Made by a program: the position numbers and the translations under genes
The notes under the pieces: model-generated
What the model saw: only the letters and a program-made list of their open reading frames with translations
Told to the model about the DNA's origin: nothing
Databases searched by the model: none
Part shown: positions 45,289-53,896 of the stretch, in pieces
Layout: every line of letters begins with the position of its first letter
Position numbering within the stretch: the stretch's first letter is position 1
DNA from: Gemmatimonadales bacterium
Lineage (GTDB): Bacteria > Gemmatimonadota > Gemmatimonadetes > Gemmatimonadales > GWC2-71-9
Length of the DNA: 64,000 nucleotides
Direction of reading: 5' to 3'
Assembly: GCA_035519195.1 (NCBI GenBank)
Contig: DATIWU010000062.1
Coordinates: forward strand, 757 to 64,756

Positions 45289-47376
45289 ATGCCGATCAGC
45301 TTCGAGCAAATCCGCTCGAGCTTCCTCCTGAAGGGGGCTCTGGCCGCCGCTGCCCTGTTGATCGTTCTCGGAGGGCTCGGGGGCGAAGCCGCCCGGCGCA
45401 CGCTCGAGCGCCTCGCGAACGAGCGGGGACGTGAAGTGGGCACCCGGGTAGCGGCACTGGCCTCGAGCTACATGCGCGAGCGGCGCCATGAAGCCGAAGT
45501 GCTCGCCACATCGCCGTCCGTGGTCGCGGCGGCGCGGCAGGCCGGTCAGCTCGCGACCGAGCGCAAGCTCGACGCCCGCCATCCACCGCATCGCGAGCTG
45601 GGCAACGATCCCGAGCTTCGGGCCTTCCTGCAGGCGTACCCGCAACACTCCGATCTCAGTCAGGTTCTGATCACGGAGAGCCACGGCTTCACCGTGCTCG
45701 CGTCGACCGCTGCCACCGGGTTCGCGCACGCGGAGGAACCGTGGTGGCAGGTTGCCATGCGCGACGGCAGCTTCGACGGGACACCGCGGTACGACTCGAG
45801 CTCGGCGGCCGTGACCGTCGAATACGCGGTCGCGGTCCGGTCTGCCGCCGGCGGGCGGCCGCTCGGCGTGCTGCGCGCCACCTTTGCGCTCGACAAGCTC
45901 GCGTGGCTCTTGGCCGTGGCGGATCTGGGCGACAGCGCCTATCTGCAGGTCGTGGACAGTGAGGGCCGACTCCTGGTCACGCCCAACGCCTCGCAGCTGC
46001 TGCAAACCCTGCCAGAGCAGCGTCTGATTCCGCGCCTGGACGCCCCCGCCACGGTGATCGTGCCCACCTCGCGTGGCCCTGACCTGGTCATTTCGATCAT
46101 GGCCAACAAGCGTTCGTGGTGGGTGCTGTTCCGACAGCCAACGAGCCGGGCATACGCGGCGGTGCAAACCACGCGGCGATCGATCTGGATTGGCTCACTC
46201 ATCGTGCTCGCCCTCGCAATGGTGCTGTTGTGGCAGCGCAGCCGGTGGCTCGAAGAGCGCGTGACGCGCCCGATCATGGCGGCGGGCGCGGCCGCGAGCC
46301 GGGTGGCGGGTGGAGACCTCTCGGTCAGCCTGACGCGGCGCGCGGACGAGCGCAGCGAGGTGGGCGAGCTCCTGAACTCCGTGCAAACGATGGTCTCGGC
46401 ATTGCGACGCCTGGTCGGCGCGATCCGAACCGCGGCGGACGAAGCGGCCGCGATGGCCTCCCAAATTTCGGCGTCCACGCAACAGATGAGCGCATCCACG
46501 GAGGAGATGGCGGCAACGTGTCAGGATCTTTCCCGCCAGTCCGCCGAGCAGGCGCAGCTGGTGCGGGCCGCCGCGGAGGATGTCCAGAAGATCCTGGCGA
46601 TCACGACCATCCTCGCCGACGGGTCCGCGGACTCGGTGCGCCGCAATGGCAACCTCCTGGTCCTGGCAAAGCGCAACAAGGAAGTGCTGGACCAGAGCAC
46701 CGGGGAGCTCGCCAAGCTCGCTGAAGAGGTGAGCCGGGGCGCCGCCGAAGCCGAAGCGCTTGCCGCGGCATCCACCGAGATTCAGCGCTTCGTCACTCAA
46801 ACAAAGGCCGTGGCCACGCAGACCAACATGCTCGCGCTCAATGCCGCCATCGAGGCCGCGCGCGCGGGGCCGCAGGGCCGCGGCTTCGCCGTGGTGGCCG
46901 ACGAGGTTCGCAAACTCGCGTCCGTCGCGGCCACGGCGGCCGGCGAAACCGCCGATACGGTACGCGGCGTGCTCGCCCGAGTACAGGCGACACGCGACCG
47001 CCTGGTACAGCTCGCGCAAGGAAGCGCGGCCGCGCGCCAGGCCGCCCAGACCGCCGCGGAGGGACTCGCCAACGCAGCCGTCGCGGCGGAAGCCAACGAC
47101 CTTTGGGGCCGTGAGATCGCCAACTCAGCCGGCGAGGTTCGGGCATTACTCCAGGAGATCTCGGCGCGGCTCCAGACCGTTACGCAAAGCACCGAGGGGT
47201 TGCTCGCTTCGAGCGAGGAGATTGCCGCCTCGAGCGAGCAGCAATCCGCCTCCACCCAGGATATCGCTTCGTCCGCTAATCAGCTCGCCGAGGCCGCGGA
47301 CCGCCTTACGGGCGCGGTGCAATCGTTCCGGCTGCTCGGAGCTGAGCAGAAACCAGTAAGCGACGCCGCAGACTGA
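45289..47376 (+). CDS. methyl-accepting chemotaxis protein with a periplasmic Cache-like sensor and HAMP domain
   Basis: TM - ~270 aa periplasmic region - TM - HAMP. Highly conserved signalling hairpin [34 protein letters not shown]. Confidence 0.9.
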   Translation: MPISFEQIRSSFLLKGALAAAALLIVLGGLGGEAARRTLERLANERGREVGTRVAALASSYMRERRHEAEVLATSPSVVAAARQAGQLATERKLDARHPPHRELGNDPELRAFLQAYPQHSDLSQVLITESHGFTVLASTAATGFAHAEEPWWQVAMRDGSFDGTPRYDSSSAAVTVEYAVAVRSAAGGRPLGVLRATFALDKLAWLLAVADLGDSAYLQVVDSEGRLLVTPNASQLLQTLPEQRLIPRLDAPATVIVPTSRGPDLVISIMANKRSWWVLFRQPTSRAYAAVQTTRRSIWIGSLIVLALAMVLLWQRSRWLEERVTRPIMAAGAAASRVAGGDLSVSLTRRADERSEVGELLNSVQTMVSALRRLVGAIRTAADEAAAMASQISASTQQMSASTEEMAATCQDLSRQSAEQAQLVRAAAEDVQKILAITTILADGSADSVRRNGNLLVLAKRNKEVLDQSTGELAKLAEEVSRGAAEAEALAAASTEIQRFVTQTKAVATQTNMLALNAAIEAARAGPQGRGFAVVADEVRKLASVAATAAGETADTVRGVLARVQATRDRLVQLAQGSAAARQAAQTAAEGLANAAVAAEANDLWGREIANSAGEVRALLQEISARLQTVTQSTEGLLASSEEIAASSEQQSASTQDIASSANQLAEAADRLTGAVQSFRLLGAEQKPVSDAAD

Positions 47377-47502
47377 GCTTGCTTCTGGAATCTCGATTTC
47401 CTATCGTAGGATCCTCATGGTTTCCCTGACCCCGGTGACGGAGTTGTCGCGCTGAGCGCCGCCAGGCGACTCAGCCCCTCGTCTGGATTCGTTGTCTTCG
47501 CA

Positions 47503-47919
47503 TTGGTGACGTGCCCCGTCACGGTTCGCGCCCAGATCGCCGTCGTCGTAAACCGCGCCAATCCCATTCAAAACCTCTCGTTGTCCGACCTGCGCCGTCT
47601 GTACCTCGGCCAGTCGGTCACATTCGCGAATGGGACGCGGGTCGCGCTCGTCACCTACCCACCCGCCCAGGCCCGATTCTACAACACAGTGCTCGGGCTG
47701 AGCGAGGACCGTTTCCAGCGGCATTGGATGGAGCTGGTTTTCCAGGGACAGGATGCCACACCGCCCAAAGCCATTGCGGTCGGTGCGGAGCTCAACCGGT
47801 TTGTCGCGGAGCACCCGGGGGCGCTGGCATTTGTGGATCTCCCGGCGGTAGACCAGAGCGTCAAGATCGTGACCATAGACGGCCAGGCACCGACCGATAC
47901 GGGTTACCGGTTGCATTGA
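47503..47919 (+). CDS. short PstS/PBP-like (half periplasmic-binding-protein) domain protein; the true start is probably upstream (see findings)
   Basis: IAVVVNRANPIQNLSLSDLRRLYLG...G..V........G...F.......A.AFVD pattern typical of the PBP_like_2 family. The first canonical start (TTG 47503) removes an in-frame signal-peptide-like segment. Confidence 0.55.
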   Translation: MVTCPVTVRAQIAVVVNRANPIQNLSLSDLRRLYLGQSVTFANGTRVALVTYPPAQARFYNTVLGLSEDRFQRHWMELVFQGQDATPPKAIAVGAELNRFVAEHPGALAFVDLPAVDQSVKIVTIDGQAPTDTGYRLH

Positions 47920-47945
47920 GACGAAGCGAGGAGGGACACGAGCGC

Positions 47946-48992
47946 ATGCGCAGACTCCCGGGCCCGGTGGTACTGCTGTCGCTGCTGCTCGCCGCACGAG
48001 CGCTTTCCGCCCAGGAAACCCAGATCCGCGGGTTTACGGACGTCACGGCGTCCGCGTCTGATGGCATCGGGGCCCATTCCACCTTTGCGCTGGGCCAGTA
48101 CGACCTGTACATCACCTCGGCGCTGGCCCCCAAGTGGTCGTTTCTCGGCGAGAGTGTCTTCGAATTCGACGAGGACTTTGTGGTCGACGTAGAGCGTCTC
48201 ATCATCTCGTACCGGCCGAGCAGCCACATCCAGGTGGCCATCGGAAAGCACCATACGCCCTTCGGCTACTGGAACAACGCCTATCACCACGGGGCGTTGA
48301 TGCAACCGACGATCGAGCGGCCCGACATGTTCCTGTTCGAGGACGATGGCGGGATCCTCCCGATTCACACGACCGGACTGCTCATCGCGGGCCGCGACCT
48401 GACGCCTCTGCACCTCGGCTTCGACGCGATGGTCGGCAACGGGATCGGTTCGACGCCCATCTCCGACAACAACGTGGCGAAGTCGGTCACGCTGTCACTC
48501 CATTCTCAGGTCACCCACGAGGTCAAGGTGGGGGTGAGCTATTACGATGATCGGATCCCTCCAGGCACTCCACAGATCTACGGCGCTCCGGTCGACAGCA
48601 CGCTGCCCGGCGGCGACACCGTCGCCACGGCCCTGAAACAGCAGATGTTCGGCGGCTACGCGGTGTATTTCGGCCGGGCGTTGGAATTGATGGCCGAGTA
48701 CCAGCGGGTCACGCACGTCCCGGTCGCGGGGGGCACCACGACGACGAACGATGCATTCTACGTGTACGGCGGTTACCGGATCGGGAAGCTGGTTCCGTAC
48801 GTGCGGTACGATGGACTGCTGTTCGACGCCGCAGATCTCTACTACCTCGCGGACGACTCCCACCTCCTGGTTCTCGGGGGGCGGTACGATTTTGCCGCAA
48901 CCGTTCAGGTCAAGCTCGAGTACCAGCACCGCTCCACGACCTTCGAGGGGAAGGTCAACGCCGTCACGGTACAGGCCGCCATCGGATTCTAG
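47946..48992 (+). CDS. putative outer-membrane beta-barrel porin
   Basis: Signal MRRLPGPVVLLSLLLAARALSAQ. Alternating strand pattern and C-terminal ...VTVQAAIGF (terminal Phe). Confidence 0.55.
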   Translation: MRRLPGPVVLLSLLLAARALSAQETQIRGFTDVTASASDGIGAHSTFALGQYDLYITSALAPKWSFLGESVFEFDEDFVVDVERLIISYRPSSHIQVAIGKHHTPFGYWNNAYHHGALMQPTIERPDMFLFEDDGGILPIHTTGLLIAGRDLTPLHLGFDAMVGNGIGSTPISDNNVAKSVTLSLHSQVTHEVKVGVSYYDDRIPPGTPQIYGAPVDSTLPGGDTVATALKQQMFGGYAVYFGRALELMAEYQRVTHVPVAGGTTTTNDAFYVYGGYRIGKLVPYVRYDGLLFDAADLYYLADDSHLLVLGGRYDFAATVQVKLEYQHRSTTFEGKVNAVTVQAAIGF

Positions 48993-50593
48993 ATGCTTGA
49001 ATCGCCGAGGTAGGCGAGCCGCACCTGCAGCACATCAGGCAGTTTTCCGAGCGCGTCCAGCACACCATCGCGCAGTGGTTGATCGACCGTAATCGCCGCC
49101 AGGGCCTCACGTCCCGGCGGCGCTAGCCGGGCCTGGTGGTAACTCCCGATGTTGATGGCCGCGGTCCCGAGCAGAGTTCCCACATTTCCGATCACGCCGG
49201 GCACGTCGCGGTTGCGAATCACGAGCATCCAACCTTCCGCCGCGACGTCCACGTGATAGTCATCGATCCGGATTACGCGGCCATGGCCATCTCCCACGAG
49301 CGCGCCCGCCACCCGTACACGACCCTGCGACGTACTGAGGGTCAGCCCCAGCGTGGTCTTGAACCCCGGCTCTGGGGGAGCGGTCTGCCGCGAGTGTCGG
49401 ATGCCGCGCTCCTCCGCGATCTGCAAGGCATTGATCAAACTGATCGATTCAACGCCCATCGCCGACAGCAGTCCCTCGAGGGCTGCCACGAGCACCGGGC
49501 GTGGGGCCGCATCGTCGTCTCCGCCGTAGGCGAGCTCGATGCCGGTTACCGGGCCACCCGCGAGCGCCAGCGCCAGCCGTCCAAGGCGCCGTGCCAGATC
49601 CAACACTGGCCCGAGCCGGCGCAGTGTCGCCCCGCTGATTCCCGGGACATTGATCGCGAAGGAGAGATCCCCTTCGAGCAGCGCGTCGCGCACCGCGTCG
49701 CACGTTTCCATGCTCACGCGCTCCTGCGCCTCGGCCGTCGATGCCGCGAGATGCGGCGTCAGCAGCACGCGCTCGAGCCTGCGCAGCGGGGAATCCGCCG
49801 GGAGCGGCTCAACGGCGAACACGTCCAACGCGGCGCCGGCCAGCCGGCCCTCCGCAACGGCCGCCGCGAGCGCCTGCTCGTCGATCAATTCTCCCCGCGC
49901 GGTGTTCACGACTACGGCCGTCGGCTTGAGCAGCGCGAGCCGGTCCGCGTTCAATAGGCGACGCGTCTGGTCGGTGTGCGCGAGGTGCAGCGTGATCACA
50001 TCCGAGTCCCGCAGCAGCATGTCAAGCGGAATCAGTTTGACGTGCAGCTCGTCGGCGCGATCGGGGGAGAGATACGGGTCGTGCGCCACGACCTGCATCC
50101 CGAAGGCTCTGGCAAGCTGGGCGACGTGGCCGCCGATCCGCCCGAGCCCGAGCACGCCAAGCGTCTTGCCCCTGAGCTCTGAGCCCTCGAAGCGTTTGCG
50201 GTCCCACTCACCACGCCGCATCGAATCGACGGCCCACGGGATCCGCCGCACGAGCGACAGCAGCAGGGCCATGGTGTGCTCCGCGGCGCTGATGGTGTTC
50301 GCTCCGGGGGCGTTCATGACGGCGATACCGCGCTTGGTGGCGGCCGGCACGTCGATGTTGTCGACTCCGACCCCGGCGCGGGCGATCACCCGCAGATGCG
50401 GTGCGTGCGTGAGGAGGTCTGCGGTGACGCGGGTCTCGCTCCGCACAATGAGCGCGTGAGCCAGCGCGAGCGCGCGCTCGAGCTCCGCGCGCGGCTTCCC
50501 CGCCAGGGCGACCACTTCGATTTCCGGAGCCGCGGTCAACCGTTTGAGTCCGGCCTCGGCCACGCGATCCGCGACAACGACGCGATAGCTCAC
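48989..50593 (-). CDS. serA: D-3-phosphoglycerate dehydrogenase (long form with C-terminal ACT domain)
   Basis: GLGRIGGHVA NAD fold and catalytic R/E/H contexts (NTARG, TPHLAAST). GTG 50593 overlaps the upstream stop (GTGA). The listed 615-aa ORF has an 81-aa spurious extension. Confidence 0.9.
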   Translation of the reverse strand: MSYRVVVADRVAEAGLKRLTAAPEIEVVALAGKPRAELERALALAHALIVRSETRVTADLLTHAPHLRVIARAGVGVDNIDVPAATKRGIAVMNAPGANTISAAEHTMALLLSLVRRIPWAVDSMRRGEWDRKRFEGSELRGKTLGVLGLGRIGGHVAQLARAFGMQVVAHDPYLSPDRADELHVKLIPLDMLLRDSDVITLHLAHTDQTRRLLNADRLALLKPTAVVVNTARGELIDEQALAAAVAEGRLAGAALDVFAVEPLPADSPLRRLERVLLTPHLAASTAEAQERVSMETCDAVRDALLEGDLSFAINVPGISGATLRRLGPVLDLARRLGRLALALAGGPVTGIELAYGGDDDAAPRPVLVAALEGLLSAMGVESISLINALQIAEERGIRHSRQTAPPEPGFKTTLGLTLSTSQGRVRVAGALVGDGHGRVIRIDDYHVDVAAEGWMLVIRNRDVPGVIGNVGTLLGTAAINIGSYHQARLAPPGREALAAITVDQPLRDGVLDALGKLPDVLQVRLAYLGDSSI

Positions 50594-51669
50594 GCCATCG
50601 CTTTCTCGACGAGCCCCAGCAGCTCCTGAAGCGCCGGAACCGTGTGGTCCCCCATGTGGCCGATGCGAATCGTCGAGTCCTTCAGCTCGCCATAGCCGGA
50701 CCCGATCACCCAGCCCTGCTTCTTGAGAGCGCTGACAATGCCCGCCGCGCGACCCTCGGGAACTCGGAGACAGGAGACCGTCCAGCTCCGCCGGCCTTCG
50801 GGCGGCAGGTACTCGATGCCACGTTGGGCGCTCCACTGTTCCACGGCGCGGCGCATGGCATCGTGGCGCCGCCAGCGCGCTTCCACTCCGCCTTCCTGCT
50901 CGATTCTCGCGAGCTGGACTTCGAGCGCATAGAAGAGCGACAGCGCCGGCGTATTGGTGGGCTGCGCCTTCCGCGTCGCCTCTTCGAACGTGACGAGGTC
51001 GAAGTATTGCCCGCGTCCCGAGAGCGTCCGGGCGCGCTGCCGCATCCGTTCGGAGGCGACCCCCAGGGCGAGCCCGGGAGGCAGCGCCAGCGCCTTTTGC
51101 GATCCTGTGAAAGTGAAGTCGAGCCCCCAGTGCTCCGGCTCAACGGGTGAGCCGGCGAGCGACGTGACCGCGTCCACCAGCACGAGCACGTCGTCGAATT
51201 CGTGGACCACCTGCGCGAGCGCCGCGACGTCCTGCAGGACTCCCGTCGAGGTCTCGGAGTGCACGAGCGTCACCGCGTCCACGGGAGTGCGGCGCAGCGC
51301 ATCCCGGAGCATGTCGGGCTCGACCGCGCAGCCGAGCGGAACGTCGAGCCGGATGGTTTCCTTGCCGCACGCGCCGACCAACCGGGCGAACCGGTCGCTG
51401 AACGAGCCGTTCACGAGCGACAGCGCGCGGCGGCGCACGCCGTTGCGCACGGCCATTTCCATGAACCCCGTGGCGGATGCCGTTCCTACGAGCACCGGCT
51501 CCCTGGAACGGAACATCTGACCCAAACGCGGCGCGATTCCCGCGAGCAGCGCTTCCATGGCGCTCGAGCGATGTCCGATCATCGGCCGCTGCATGGCCGC
51601 GAGCACGTCAGGATGGACATCCGTCGGCCCCGGCAGGAAAAACCGCCCGAAGGCTGGCGTGTCAGTCAT
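50590..51669 (-). CDS. class-V pyridoxal-phosphate aminotransferase (serine-glyoxylate/alanine-glyoxylate type; plausible phosphoserine aminotransferase role)
   Basis: FLPGPTDVHPDVL..., TGSQKALALPPG (PLP Lys). 359 aa. Coupled to serA. Confidence 0.8.
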   Translation of the reverse strand: MTDTPAFGRFFLPGPTDVHPDVLAAMQRPMIGHRSSAMEALLAGIAPRLGQMFRSREPVLVGTASATGFMEMAVRNGVRRRALSLVNGSFSDRFARLVGACGKETIRLDVPLGCAVEPDMLRDALRRTPVDAVTLVHSETSTGVLQDVAALAQVVHEFDDVLVLVDAVTSLAGSPVEPEHWGLDFTFTGSQKALALPPGLALGVASERMRQRARTLSGRGQYFDLVTFEEATRKAQPTNTPALSLFYALEVQLARIEQEGGVEARWRRHDAMRRAVEQWSAQRGIEYLPPEGRRSWTVSCLRVPEGRAAGIVSALKKQGWVIGSGYGELKDSTIRIGHMGDHTVPALQELLGLVEKAMA

Positions 51670-52330
51670 GTGGCGCCGTGGCGAGCTCTCGAATGAAGCG
51701 CGGTTCGACCACTTCCGCCGTCTGGACCAGCCGCACCCCTTCCTCCGCCCACTCCTTGAGAAGGTGCTGAGCCGCGGTGCGGTCGATGGGTTTCATGGCA
51801 TCCGTCACCGCGAACAGCCGCGTTTGCGGACGGCGGGCGAGCAGACCTTCGATGGCAAACCGATCGCACACGTCGAGCGCGACACCATACAGGACGATGT
51901 CCTCCGGATCGAGTACCTGCAGCACGATGTCGACGTTCGCGTTCGTGAATACGTCGAAGCGGTGCTTCAGGAACAGAATGTCGCCACGGTGAGCGCGGAC
52001 TCGCTCCGCGAGAAGAGACGGATCGGCCCGCACCGGCTCGATGACGAGCGGGTCCACGAGGCGCGTCTCGGGAATTTTCTCTTGCCCCGGCGTGTCTCGC
52101 ATGCAGTGCGGCGGAAAGGTGGTTCTCCAATCGGGGGCGTCGGACAGCTCGGCATGACCCGCGATGTGATCGTCCGCACTGGCCACGATCCGGATGCCGT
52201 ACTGATGCGCGAAATTCGTGAGTTGCGCGAGTCGCGGGATGATGGCCTCGGACTCGGGGACGTACAGTTTTCCCTCGGACTTCAGGAAATCGTACTGGGT
52301 ATCGACATCCCAGAAGATCAGTCGTGGCAT
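51662..52330 (-). CDS. isochorismatase-family cysteine hydrolase (nicotinamidase-like)
   Basis: LIFWDVDTQYDF, HC (PPHCMRDTPG), and a GVALDVC-type catalytic Cys context. SD GGAG 8 nt upstream. Confidence 0.75.
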   Translation of the reverse strand: MPRLIFWDVDTQYDFLKSEGKLYVPESEAIIPRLAQLTNFAHQYGIRIVASADDHIAGHAELSDAPDWRTTFPPHCMRDTPGQEKIPETRLVDPLVIEPVRADPSLLAERVRAHRGDILFLKHRFDVFTNANVDIVLQVLDPEDIVLYGVALDVCDRFAIEGLLARRPQTRLFAVTDAMKPIDRTAAQHLLKEWAEEGVRLVQTAEVVEPRFIRELATAPHD

Positions 52331-52370
52331 CGCGCGGAATCTCCAAAGCGCGGATCGGTCGTGTCAACGG

Positions 52371-52399
52371 TTGACAGCATGAATGTGTAAGCCTACTTT
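52371..52399 (+). promoter_or_regulatory. candidate sigma70-like promoter TTGACA-17-TACTTT
   Basis: Consensus -35 at 52371-52376, a 17-nt spacer, and TAnnnT at 52394-52399. The predicted TSS coincides with ATG 52407. Confidence 0.5.
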
Positions 52400-52406
52400 C
52401 TGGCCC

Positions 52407-52499
52407 ATGCAGCCTCGGGCTCGTCTCGTGTGTTGTTGCTGTTGTCGCCGCCAACTCGAGGGTTGGACGGATGCCTTCAGCTCGCCCGTGACGACATGA
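52407..52499 (+). CDS. 30-codon leader peptide MQPRARLVCCCCCRRQLEGWTDAFSSPVTT with five consecutive Cys codons (putative attenuator leader, leaderless mRNA)
   Basis: Codons tgt tgt tgc tgt tgt at 52431-52445. No SD. The ATG sits at the predicted TSS. Below the ORF-track size cutoff. Confidence 0.5.
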   Translation: MQPRARLVCCCCCRRQLEGWTDAFSSPVTT

Positions 52500-52531
52500 G
52501 GACCTAGCACCTCTTCGACCACAGCAGAGAC

Positions 52532-52568
52532 AAAGGCCCGGCCACCCTCAAGTGGCCGGGCCTTTTTT
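52532..52568 (+). terminator. Rho-independent terminator (attenuator terminator)
   Basis: An 11-bp GC-rich stem ggcccggccac/gtggccgggcc (52535-45 with 52552-62), a 6-nt loop, and a T6 tract at 52563-68 preceded by AAA. Confidence 0.8.
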
Positions 52569-52653
52569 GCGCCGGCCAGCGAACCGCGGAGCGCTGATGC
52601 AATTGAGCGACGTGAATTGGTATCTCGGCGATCAACCTGGACAGGAACGCCTG

Positions 52654-53889
52654 ATGAGCATCTCGGGTCGGGGATGGGCGCGTTTGCTTGGCACGGCGAG
52701 CGTCTGGACGTGCGGACTGGCCGTTCCATCCAACCGAGCTCTCGGGCAGAGCGATTCGGTGCCCCCGGCGACGGCGGGTCCGGGCGGCTTCACGATTCAG
52801 TCGCGCGAGGGCAGCTTCCAATTCCGGCTGAGAGGATACATCCAGGCCGACGGCCGCTTCTTTCCCGACGTGCCCGCAAATTTCGGAGCCAGCACATTCC
52901 TGCTCCGCCGCGCACGGCCCGTCATGGACGTGACTACGTGGCGGTACTTCACGCTGCGTCTCACGCCGGACTTCGGTCAGGGGAAGGTCACCCTGTTTGA
53001 TGCCTATCTGGATTTCCGTCCCGTGTCCCACGCGGGCCTGCGCTTCGGCAAGATGAAACCCCCGGTTGGTCTCGAGCGTCTTCAGCCAGCGATCGACCTG
53101 CGGTTTGCGGAACGCGCCCTGCCGACCAATCTCGTGCCGACGAGAGACGTGGGCGCGCAGCTGTTTTACGAGAAGCCGATCGTGTCGGTCGCCGCGGGAG
53201 TGTTCAACGGCGTCCCGGATTTTGGGAATGGGGACATCGACGGCACGAACGACAAGGATTTCGAGGCTCGCGTCTTCTTCCACGTGCCACACGTCGGCGT
53301 CGGGATCGCGGGCACCACCGGACAGGAGCACGGAACGATCACTGCCCCCGCCCTGCCGAGCTATGTGACCCCGGGCCAGCAACCCATGTTTCGGTATCGG
53401 GACACTACGATCGCGAACGGGACGCGCAGCCGCATCACTCCGCAAGGCTACTTCTATTTCGGCCCGTTCGGCCTTCTGGGCGAATACGTGCGGTCCGCGC
53501 AGCGCGTGAGCCGCACTACCGCCACGGCTGACCTCGCCAACTCGAGCTGGCAAATCGCCGCGTCGGTGTTTGTCACGGGCGAACGGGCGTCATTTGCGAC
53601 CGTGTCCCCGCGCCACAAGTTCGATCCCGCGGCGCACCACTGGGGCGCCATCGAGCTGGCGGCCCGCTACAGTGAGCTCTCGATCGACCCGGCCGCGTTC
53701 CCGACATTCGCGAATGTCGCGAACTCCCCGACCAAGACGACCGCGTGGGCGGTGGGGGCCACCTGGCACCTCGCGCCCGCCGTGAAGATCGCACTGAACT
53801 ACGAACTGGCCCAATTCTCGGGAGGAGCCGCGGGCGGTGACCGCGCGCCCGAGCATTTCCTCGTCACTCGATTCCAACAGGCGTTCTGA
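52654..53889 (+). CDS. OprO/OprP-family anion-selective porin
   Basis: Signal MSISGRGWARLLGTASVWTCGLAV.... FQFRLRGYIQADGRFF and FGKMKPPVGLERL motifs of the Porin_O_P family. C-terminal ...TRFQQAF. Confidence 0.8.
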   Translation: MSISGRGWARLLGTASVWTCGLAVPSNRALGQSDSVPPATAGPGGFTIQSREGSFQFRLRGYIQADGRFFPDVPANFGASTFLLRRARPVMDVTTWRYFTLRLTPDFGQGKVTLFDAYLDFRPVSHAGLRFGKMKPPVGLERLQPAIDLRFAERALPTNLVPTRDVGAQLFYEKPIVSVAAGVFNGVPDFGNGDIDGTNDKDFEARVFFHVPHVGVGIAGTTGQEHGTITAPALPSYVTPGQQPMFRYRDTTIANGTRSRITPQGYFYFGPFGLLGEYVRSAQRVSRTTATADLANSSWQIAASVFVTGERASFATVSPRHKFDPAAHHWGAIELAARYSELSIDPAAFPTFANVANSPTKTTAWAVGATWHLAPAVKIALNYELAQFSGGAAGGDRAPEHFLVTRFQQAF

Positions 53890-53896
53890 GCCCGCG

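Noticed and set aside
43793-45289. 498-aa plus-strand ORF antisense to leuS
   Set aside because: leuS on the minus strand is unambiguous (HIGH and KMSKS motifs), and the antisense ORF has no features.
48989-50836. 615-aa version of serA with an 81-residue N-terminal extension
   Set aside because: The extension overlaps the upstream aminotransferase gene and is Gly/Arg-rich. SerA homology starts at VSYRVVVAD, and GTG 50593 overlaps the upstream stop.
52339-52367. The minus-strand TTGACA of the palindrome as the -35 of the isochorismatase / serA operon promoter
   Set aside because: At 16-18 nt spacing the candidate -10 positions read TGGAGA, GGAGAT or GAGATT, with no TAnnnT. That GGAG is better explained as the SD of the gene starting at 52330. 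The promoter must lie elsewhere.
52400-52570. A known riboswitch (for example a SAM class) instead of a peptide-dependent attenuator
   Set aside because: I could not recognise SAM-I, SAM-II or other riboswitch consensus cores by eye. The five in-frame Cys codons directly abutting the alternative helices fit ribosome-mediated attenuation better. A covariance-model scan (Rfam/Infernal) was not possible here and would be decisive.
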